IMG/VR virus record: IMGVR_UViG_3300013382_000004
Origin: a virus
Taxonomy: Duplodnaviria; Caudoviricetes
DNA: 64,000 nt
Reading direction: 5' to 3' (one strand)
Shown here: positions 39,373-45,890 of the stretch, one piece after another
How the letters are laid out: each line of letters opens with the position of its first letter
Position numbering within the stretch: position 1 is the stretch's first letter
Position numbers and translations under genes: made by a program
Notes under the pieces: generated by a model
Seen by the model: only the letters and a program-made list of their open reading frames with translations
Told to the model about the DNA's origin: nothing
Database searches by the model: none

Positions 39373-39533
39373 AGCTTCCGACAGGAATCGAACCTGCAAC
39401 ATCCTGATTACTGGGGATAGAAATGAGATTCGAACTCATAACAGTTATTAACTGACCTTGGGGGCTACCCTTCAGACATTACCTTTCTGTCATTCTACCA
39501 AATCAGGCGCTCTACCAATTGAGCCACGGAAGC
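39373..39533 (-). tRNA. tRNA-Thr(UGU) interrupted between positions 34/35 by an 88-nt tRNA-like insert (39412-39499); no encoded CCA
   Basis: exons join to CCTGA-TTTGTAA-TCAGG. Confidence 0.85.
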
Positions 39534-39558
39534 AAATAAAGGACTAAACAAATAGTCC

Positions 39559-40074
39559 TTATCCACGAGTACGTTTCCAATAATTTGCCATTTTATATTC
39601 AGGCTTATTAGTAACTTCCTCGATAAATACTTCAGGAAAAGGCCAAACATAACTATTGGCTTCTTCCTCAGAATCAAATTCAACTTCGGCATAATAGAAA
39701 GCAGTATCAGTGCCACCATCTACAAGATTGAATTCAATTAGATAACCATTATTGTAAAGACCTCTATAATCTTTTACAATAGGATTATAACCAAGTTCAT
39801 TGAAACAATCAAACAAAGAATTATTTGTAAGATTTGTTTCAATTTCAGTACGGGTTAAATTACCACCAGACTTAAAAGTAAGAGCATCTGGACGATAACC
39901 TTTACCACTTTCAAACCAACGTCTTATACGAATTTCCTGTAAAATACTTCCATCAGAATTATATTTAATATTAATATAGATAGTTTTAACAATTCCGACT
40001 TCATCAAAATCGACTTTAGGAAAACCAGAGATTAAAAACTTACGTTCGATTTCGATTGAATTCTTATTGCTCAT
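39559..40074 (-). CDS. CYTH-domain (triphosphate tunnel) protein
   Basis: EIERKFL, IRIR, LTFK, RTEIE, K.Y, YAEVEF, EVT..PEY; true start MSNK after AAGGAG. Confidence 0.85.
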   Translation of the reverse strand: MSNKNSIEIERKFLISGFPKVDFDEVGIVKTIYINIKYNSDGSILQEIRIRRWFESGKGYRPDALTFKSGGNLTRTEIETNLTNNSLFDCFNELGYNPIVKDYRGLYNNGYLIEFNLVDGGTDTAFYYAEVEFDSEEEANSYVWPFPEVFIEEVTNKPEYKMANYWKRTRG

Positions 40075-40096
40075 TTTTAATCTCCTTTTCTTTCCA

Positions 40097-40185
40097 TGGC
40101 GCACGCTACAGGGTTCGAACCTGTGATACCTTACAGTATGCCAGTTTTCAAGACTGGTGTAATCAACCAACTCTACCAAACGTGC
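40097..40185 (-). tRNA. tRNA-Ser(UGA)
   Basis: CCAGT-CTTGAAA-ACTGG; long variable arm; G73. Confidence 0.9.
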
Positions 40186-40187
40186 AT

Positions 40188-40409
40188 TTATGTTTCAGAG
40201 AATAGATAAATATCTTTCTCTCCTACATCTTTTTTAATATCAGCAAATTCTTTATCACTAATTTGAGTCATTGGAGGGAACACACATTTAAAAGAAGAAC
40301 AGCCATCTTTTTCAATACAGACAATTTGCTTCTTACAAACTGGGCAAGTATAATTCCAAGATAAAAGATTAGTTTCATTCTTAGCAACTTTAATTTCTGT
40401 TACTTGCAT
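40188..40409 (-). CDS. small zinc-binding protein
   Basis: CPVC...C...C. Confidence 0.55.
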   Translation of the reverse strand: MQVTEIKVAKNETNLLSWNYTCPVCKKQIVCIEKDGCSSFKCVFPPMTQISDKEFADIKKDVGEKDIYLFSET

Positions 40410-40516
40410 TATTCCCTTATTACAATGAGGGCATCTATAAACAAACTTTTTATTACTTGCTGTCTAATAAATGTAAGTCTTAAAATTAGTCATTGAATTT
40501 GCTTCCTTTTGTTTTT

Positions 40517-40586
40517 TGGTTGCTGAACCCATTATTACTTGGGTATGAGCCAAGTGTGATTTATATATCCGTTTCACTCGCCAGCA
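40517..40586 (-). pseudogene. initiator-type tRNA-Met(CAU) with the T arm largely deleted
   Basis: CTTGG-CTCATAC-CCAAG anticodon arm; GGGTTC fused directly to AGCAACCA. Confidence 0.65.
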
Positions 40587-40587
40587 A

Positions 40588-40663
40588 TGGTGGACCTGAC
40601 AAGACTTGAACTTGCGACTTCCTGCGTGCAAAGCAGACACTCTCCCAACTGAGTTACAGGCCC
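40588..40663 (-). tRNA. tRNA-Ala(UGC)
   Basis: G3.U70; CTGC-TTTGCAC-GCAG. Confidence 0.92.
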
Positions 40664-40942
40664 AAATATTCTCTCTTATCCCTACTCAATAGTAAGTTCG
40701 TAATTCATTATTGGCGAATTCGTAACTTACTATCTTTCGGCATTGCAATGAGAGAATTCTCTAATTGTTTTCGTTCAATTTCTGAAGAAAATTTCTAAAC
40801 AAGCGAAGTCTTTTTCTTGTTTTACTGACCTAAAAGACCCAAATTAACAGGTTGTCATTCTTTTAAATTTACCGTAAAAAGAATCTGTGACTAAGAAAAC
40901 CGTCTCAATCTCTTATTCGCGTAATAAGATGAAAGAAATTCT

Positions 40943-41019
40943 AAGTGGCGCTGTACCTAACAGCTTCCTGCAAGGGTTTCCCACGAGCGGGGCAGGACTC
41001 GAACCTACACTCTCCACTT
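40943..41019 (-). ncRNA. circularly permuted tRNA-like RNA without the ACAGCAA stem
   Basis: AAGTGG...T arm GTAGG/CCTGC...closed acceptor...D arm GCTG/CAGC...CCACTT. Confidence 0.6.
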
Positions 41020-41020
41020 T

Positions 41021-41106
41021 TGGTGCAGATAAAGAGATTTGAACTCTTACACTTTTAAAGCACGAGAACCTAAATCTCGCATGTCTTCCAATTCCATCAT
41101 ATCTGC
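41021..41106 (-). tRNA. tRNA-Leu(UAG)
   Basis: CGAGA-TTTAGGT-TCTCG; long variable arm. Confidence 0.9.
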
Positions 41107-41486
41107 ATAACAAAAGAGTTTTTAACAAGAACTCATTAACTTGGCTTTTGTTGTTCATCCTCAGCACCACCTGTTAGGAGCAATAAGCAGTATGCTCGGC
41201 TTATTGTGTTTTAAGGTTACATGACCCATAACCTCAATACCTACCCCGATTTAGTTGCAGTAATCAGAGTTTTTGTTTGAACAAATGCGCAACCATTTGC
41301 TCCCGTAGACACGGCACTGACTTCTCCGTATAGCTTTACGCTGTAGGTTTTGATGTTACATTCGACCCCTAACATCTAACCGTATATCAGTGTTCTACCC
41401 TCGTCAAGAACCATTCACTTGTTCTCTACTCCTTTTACAGGCGGGCATAAGGGGGATGATGTTTTGTTAGTCTATCATCAAGACCA

Positions 41487-41571
41487 TGGTAGCTGAGGTG
41501 GGACTTGAACCCACATCTCTTTCGAGGGTTGTACTTGAAGCAACTGCGTATGCCAATTTCGCCACTCAGCC
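41487..41571 (-). tRNA. tRNA-Leu(CAA)
   Basis: loop TTCAAGT; long variable arm. Confidence 0.88.
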
Positions 41572-41584
41572 ATAATAATTAATA

Positions 41585-41701
41585 CTAGACACGTTTTTTG
41601 ATTTCCAGCAACCACGCATCTTCCAAAGAAGATTAAGGAGTCGAACCTTATCGTTAATTTTCCATATTAAAGCATCAAGTAATTTTGCTGTGCGTGTCTA
41701 C
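41585..41701 (-). ncRNA. ACAGCAA stem element copy 6 with permuted T arm and acceptor
   Basis: GTAGACACG/CGTGTCTAG; TAAGG-TTCGACT-CCTTA; ATCTTC/GAAGAT. Confidence 0.78.
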
Positions 41702-41768
41702 TTGAAAGGAATTTATGTTTACCTATTAGAAAAATAGGAGCGTCAACTTTTTTATTTTTAGTTAATGA

Positions 41769-41898
41769 CTAGACTCGTTTTACAAAATCTGTTGCTCTGC
41801 CAATTGAGCTAACTCCCGATGGTCGGGAGTGAAGGACTTGAACCTCCAACACACAGGCCCATAGCATTTGTTATTGTAAAGTTGCTGTTAGAGTCTAC
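41769..41898 (-). ncRNA. ACAGCAA stem element copy 7, YrlA-like permuted tRNA domain
   Basis: T arm, ACTCCCG-ACCA-T-CGGGAGT closed acceptor, D arm GCTC/GAGC. Confidence 0.85.
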
Positions 41899-42025
41899 TT
41901 GAAAGGAATGCTTTTATGAACAATAAAAAATGAACATTAGCTTACAAATAAATTTGTATCTTTACCATGTTTTTACTATAACATAAAATTTTCATTTTGT
42001 CAAGAGTTTTAAAACAAAATTTTAT

Positions 42026-42110
42026 TGGTGGGTGAGGAAGGTGCCGACCCTTCTACTCCGTTAGGAAACAAATTTACAGTCTGTCGTGTTTGCCGATTCA
42101 CTACTCACCC
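42026..42110 (-). tRNA. tRNA-Tyr(GUA)
   Basis: ACAGA-CTGTAAA-TTTGT; variable arm; atypical T loop GTCGGCA. Confidence 0.88.
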
Positions 42111-42138
42111 ATTTAATTATTTCTCTTTTAGAAAGGGG

Positions 42139-42202
42139 CTAGACGCTTTTGTGTATTCTTATTTAACAGATAAGTACATTTAAAATTGCTGTAAGCGTCT
42201 AC
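42139..42202 (-). ncRNA. ACAGCAA stem element copy 8
   Basis: GTAGACGC-TT-ACAGCAA...GCGTCTAG. Confidence 0.75.
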
Positions 42203-42241
42203 TATAATGAAATCATATTACAAAATTAGCATTTCTGCTAT

Positions 42242-42366
42242 TGGTGCGTCTGGAGAGATTCGAACTCTCGATACCCGCATTATGGGGTTGGATATAAGTC
42301 TTGAACTTATCGAGGCCCTAATGCTATCCAACAAAGTGCGGTGCCTTACCACTTGGCCACAAACGC
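42242..42366 (-). tRNA. tRNA-Lys(UUU) interrupted between positions 35/36 by a 50-nt tRNA-like insert (42283-42332)
   Basis: exons join to CCGCA-CTTTTAA-TGCGG. Confidence 0.85.
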
Positions 42367-42373
42367 ATAAATA

Positions 42374-42501
42374 CTAGAGACATTGTAGTTATGGACTCCT
42401 GCCTTGCCACTTGGCTACACTCTTCAACCGAAGGTGCTCGGATTCGAACCGAGGGATGGGAGTTTGGCTTATTAACTTTCAAAATTGCTGTTAGTCTCTA
42501 C
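42374..42501 (-). ncRNA. ACAGCAA stem element copy 9, YrlA-like permuted tRNA domain
   Basis: GTAGAGAC/GTCTCTAG; ACTCC/GGAGT anticodon stem, CTCGG-TTCGAAT-CCGAG, closed acceptor, GCC-AAGTGGCAA-GGC D arm. Confidence 0.85.
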
Positions 42502-42676
42502 TTTACAAATATCATCTTATTGAAAGGAAATTATTCATATCAGATAGAGAAAAAGGAGAAGTAGCATTTCGTCAAGTACTAAATCTTTAGCCCTTTGATA
42601 GATTTAAGTTCCCCTCATTTAACTCCGATAAAACTTACTCACACTATCATAAGAACGGATTTCTGATTTGAACAAA

Positions 42677-42752
42677 TGGTGATGGGTGCGGGAGTCGAAC
42701 CCAGCGTTTAGGACGTGAAAGGCCCTCGTCTTAGCCACTTGACTAACCCACC
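42677..42752 (-). tRNA. tRNA-Glu(UUC)
   Basis: AGGGC-CTTTCAC-GTCCT. Confidence 0.88.
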
Positions 42753-42762
42753 ATATTATAAC

Positions 42763-42880
42763 CTAGACTCTTTTGCGTATTATTCACCACAGAGCGCCCT
42801 CTGACGAGAATCGAACTCGCTAATGATTGTTTTCAAGACAATTGTGTTAACCTTTTAAGGAATTTGCTGTAAGAGTCTAC
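42763..42880 (-). ncRNA. ACAGCAA stem element copy 10, tRNA domain permuted in the D loop, intact UGA anticodon arm
   Basis: ATTGT-CTTGAAA-ACAAT; GCGAG-TTCGATT-CTCGT; CAGAG-GGCG-CTCTG. Confidence 0.8.
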
Positions 42881-43072
42881 TTTTCAATTACTTTTCAGGA
42901 GGTTTAGCCTATATTTTTATTATAACACATCATTCATAGAATGTCAACCACTTTTTAAAATTTTCTTTTGTACTTTTTGAGAAGATTTATTTTTATTTTT
43001 TATTCTTCTCTTAAGATGTATTTATCTTACCACATTTTTAGATTTCTGTCAAGACTTTATTAGAATTTTCTT

Positions 43073-43354
43073 TTACTCAACAGCCTCATTATAAGTCATC
43101 TTCATAATATCAGGCTTAACGGGATAGAACTCACCTTTAATTCCCTTAACGATATAATCACCAACAGAAGCGTAATGGTCTCCCTCAAGGGTATTAATGA
43201 TAAGATTAGTTACAGTACCATTAATAGTATGCTGAGTAGTAACACAACAATGAGCACCAACAAATTCCATAATTTCGGTTTCATTAGTACCATCCCAAAT
43301 AACGGCTTCAATAGTAACTGGCTTCTTAGTATACTTTTTAATCATGAATTTCAC
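43073..43354 (-). CDS. conserved phage protein (KKPV.IEA...TLEG...GDYI..G..GEFYP.KPDI family); possible nucleotide-signal sponge
   Basis: family motif recognised; resemblance to Acb4-type sponges is from memory only. Confidence 0.6.
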   Translation of the reverse strand: MKFMIKKYTKKPVTIEAVIWDGTNETEIMEFVGAHCCVTTQHTINGTVTNLIINTLEGDHYASVGDYIVKGIKGEFYPVKPDIMKMTYNEAVE

Positions 43355-43729
43355 CTTCTTGTGTTTTTAAAAATTTAACCACAAGATATAGCGGCTAAGA
43401 TTTTTTTAAACCCCAGCATATTGTGGTTTAAAGATAAATAAAATGATGATTTTATTTTTACTTTTAATGGGAGCTTAACGTACTCCAAATGAGTAAAACA
43501 ACGGATTTCTTGTTTTTGAGTAAAGCATCAAGAAATATCTAACCCTACTGCTTTATTGGCAACGGAGTTATTTATACTCTCATCCGTCATTCGAGTTTGT
43601 TGTCGGCGCTCAGTCCACCATCTGGGCGAACAACTCCAAGTTCGTCGATGCGAAGACAAACTCCAAGGGTCACATCACTTCCGATGTGATAACTACAATA
43701 ATACCACCACTACTATTGTAGCATATTGC

Positions 43730-43821
43730 CCCCCCATAATTGGATTCGAACCAACTTCCTCTCCCGATGTGGTGTTTACTCACTATCAGTTAATAAGAAT
43801 GCTCCATTACACTAATGGGGA
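43730..43821 (-). pseudogene. tRNA-like RNA with an expanded, irregular anticodon arm
   Basis: TCCCCAT/ATGGGGG acceptor, D arm, GTTGG-TTCGAAT-CCAAT; no canonical 7-nt loop. Confidence 0.55.
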
Positions 43822-44153
43822 TATAAATGTTATAGACCTTTTAACTATAACTCACAGGTTCTCCCTTATACAAACAAGGTGACGGGACATTGCTGTGTTT
43901 TTAAAAGAAAGCCCTTGTTATACTTTTTCTTTCAAGGATTTAATGGTAAGAACATTTCTTGACCTATAGGTGTTCTCAAACCTACTCCTTCACCATACAT
44001 CCAAATGTACTCGCAGGTATACATTGAACATCTCATCCTTAAGGTCAACTGGGGAATCATAAAGCCGTTCGGTTTATTTTTAATTTGAGTAAACCTTCCT
44101 CAAACGCCCCTTCATCCGCTTTTTTAGAAGGATACGGAATCCACGAGTTTTGA

Positions 44154-44241
44154 CGAAGTGGACTGGACTCGAACCAGTACAGTCTTACAACTTACTACTT
44201 GTTTAGCAAACAAGGTCCTTACCAATTAGGATTACCACTCC
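44154..44241 (-). tRNA. tRNA-Ser(GCU)
   Basis: CTTGT-TTGCTAA-ACAAG; long variable arm; 3' end GTCA rather than GCCA. Confidence 0.88.
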
Positions 44242-44254
44242 ATAAATGAGCAAT

Positions 44255-44378
44255 CTTGGCACTTTTTTCTAGCCAACCACGGTTAACCATTCCTTGCTCA
44301 AGGGATACGTTAATAAGGAGTCGAACCTTACACGACGTTATTCCAAAAACATAAAATAAATTTGCTGTGAGTGTCAAC
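44255..44378 (-). ncRNA. ACAGCAA stem element copy 11 with permuted T arm and extended acceptor
   Basis: GTTGACACT/AGTGCCAAG; TAAGG-TTCGACT-CCTTA; CGTGGTTG shared with copy 6. Confidence 0.72.
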
Positions 44379-44397
44379 TTTTTAAATTTGTATCTGC

Positions 44398-44475
44398 TGG
44401 TGAGAGTAACAGGACTCGAACCTGTAAGCCTCCGCCGTGTAAAGGCGGCATTCTAACCAGTTGAACTATACTCCC
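44398..44475 (-). tRNA. tRNA-Val(UAC)
   Basis: CCGCC-TTTACAC-GGCGG. Confidence 0.92.
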
Positions 44476-44608
44476 ATATAATATTGGTTTTTCCGCCAAA
44501 TGCCAAAGGACTTTCGTATTTTACCAACAAACCTCACGTTACTTAATTTATTTATAGACGTTGAGTAATTACGTCTCAACAACACATTTTTTAGAAAGGA
44601 AAACTATC

Positions 44609-45055
44609 TTAACCCACAGCTTCTTCGGATGGACTATCCTCAGAAGGGATGGTATTGCCAGTGTTATCGACAGAGTCATCTGAAGGAACAGGGTTCTCAG
44701 TCTGTGCCAAACTCTCCTTTAACTTTTCATCATGAAGCTCACGGTTTACCTCGTATACAGCGGCTTCAATAGCCTTACGGACTTCATCTGCATCAAGAGT
44801 AATACCAAGAGACTCCATCTGCTGATTAAAATACTTTGTTGCTTCCTGCAAACGCTTTTCAATCTCCCGTGGATACATCTGCTCAACAGCTCGAACAGCA
44901 ATTAGAGCATACTTCTGAATTAGTTCTGCTGTATTAAGAGCTTCATCAATTTTATCCTGTCCAACCTTCTTACGAAGATAAGGAATAAGAAAAATTGTAA
45001 TAGCCAGAGCACAGAGACCAATTACAGCAACTACAATAGGGGTAATGTCAGTCAT
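44609..45055 (-). CDS. LL-H-family holin-like protein
   Basis: N-terminal TM + IPYL; AVRAVEQ; IEAAVYE. Confidence 0.75.
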   Translation of the reverse strand: MTDITPIVVAVIGLCALAITIFLIPYLRKKVGQDKIDEALNTAELIQKYALIAVRAVEQMYPREIEKRLQEATKYFNQQMESLGITLDADEVRKAIEAAVYEVNRELHDEKLKESLAQTENPVPSDDSVDNTGNTIPSEDSPSEEAVG

Positions 45056-45133
45056 TTTTGTACTTCCTTTTTTACATTTTGAATTATAACATCTAACAAA
45101 CGCTTTATCAAGTGTTTATTAAATAAAATTTAA

Positions 45134-45267
45134 TGGAGCAAGATACGAGATTCGAACTCGCCCTTACGGTTTTGGTCCTTTAAGTAAGACTTGAACTTAC
45201 ATCAATGGTTTTTCATTAAACTATTAAAGGGGAAGACCGTCGTGCTAACCGCTAACACTAATCCTGC
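45134..45267 (-). tRNA. tRNA-Gly(UCC) interrupted between positions 36/37 by a 58-nt tRNA-like insert (45173-45230)
   Basis: exons join to ACGGT-CTTCCAA-ACCGT; U73. Confidence 0.85.
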
Positions 45268-45417
45268 ATATATGATACCACCCACGTATGAATGGTATCA
45301 AACTCCATGCTCCGTAGAGACCTCATGCTAGCCTGATAGGTTTCCTACTAAGATACCAGTAAAGTAATGAGCTTAACCAGACAAACGTAGACTTAACCAA
45401 TGGAGTATCTAGCTTAA

Positions 45418-45888
45418 TTAATATTCAAGAACATCCCAGTCACAATAATAAATATGATGACTCATAAGATAAGAGCTAAGAATTTCTTCCTCAGATTGAT
45501 TTCTAAGTTTCTCAATTTTTTGCTCTAAGTCCTTAATATAAAAACTTCTCTTCTCAATCTCTTTTGTATATTTACGAAGTTTCGCTTCTACTTCTTTAAG
45601 TAAAATATAAAGACGCTTTTGCTGGTCATCAGAAAGAGTTTCTAATGAATCCAAAGATTCCATTAAATCATTCTTTCTCTGACAATATTCTTTATGTTGT
45701 TCAATATAAGGCTGTCTTTCTTTTTTAGCAATCGCTACCTTGTCTGTAAGATATTTAATATCTTCATAAAGTTTAACACTTGCTTCAAGAAAATAACTTT
45801 GTTTATCTTTAAGCATAACTTCTTCCGTCATTACAGCATCAACAGAAGATTCTTCATACCAACCCGTATACTTAAGCCAAACTTTCAT
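45418..45888 (-). CDS. coiled-coil protein
   Basis: 156-aa ORF with heptads. Confidence 0.65.
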   Translation of the reverse strand: MKVWLKYTGWYEESSVDAVMTEEVMLKDKQSYFLEASVKLYEDIKYLTDKVAIAKKERQPYIEQHKEYCQRKNDLMESLDSLETLSDDQQKRLYILLKEVEAKLRKYTKEIEKRSFYIKDLEQKIEKLRNQSEEEILSSYLMSHHIYYCDWDVLEY

Positions 45889-45890
45889 AA

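Noticed and set aside
40075-40179. N-terminal extension of the CYTH ORF; also ORFs 37852-38058, 39495-39719, 40913-41170, 43556-43882, 47996-48283
   Set aside because: They overlap tRNA/ncRNA genes; the CYTH gene has a proper SD at 40074.
41110-41485. RNase P RNA or tmRNA
   Set aside because: No GAGGAAAGUCC P4 signature and no tmRNA-type tRNA-like ends on the transcribed strand.
43885-43900. Extra ACAGCAA matches (43890, 40467) and TTCAGCAA at 40520
   Set aside because: No flanking complementary stem; the 40520 match is the 3' end of the defective tRNA-Met.
36302-44378. ACAGCAA repeats as a CRISPR array or REP/terminator repeats
   Set aside because: Irregular spacing, covarying long-range stems, no U-tails and no cas genes.
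37301-45230. tRNA inserts as group I or archaeal BHB introns, or as assembly chimeras
   Set aside because: Too short for a group I core, no BHB seen, and four different inserts all have exact acceptor-to-CCA boundaries, which is unlikely for artefacts.
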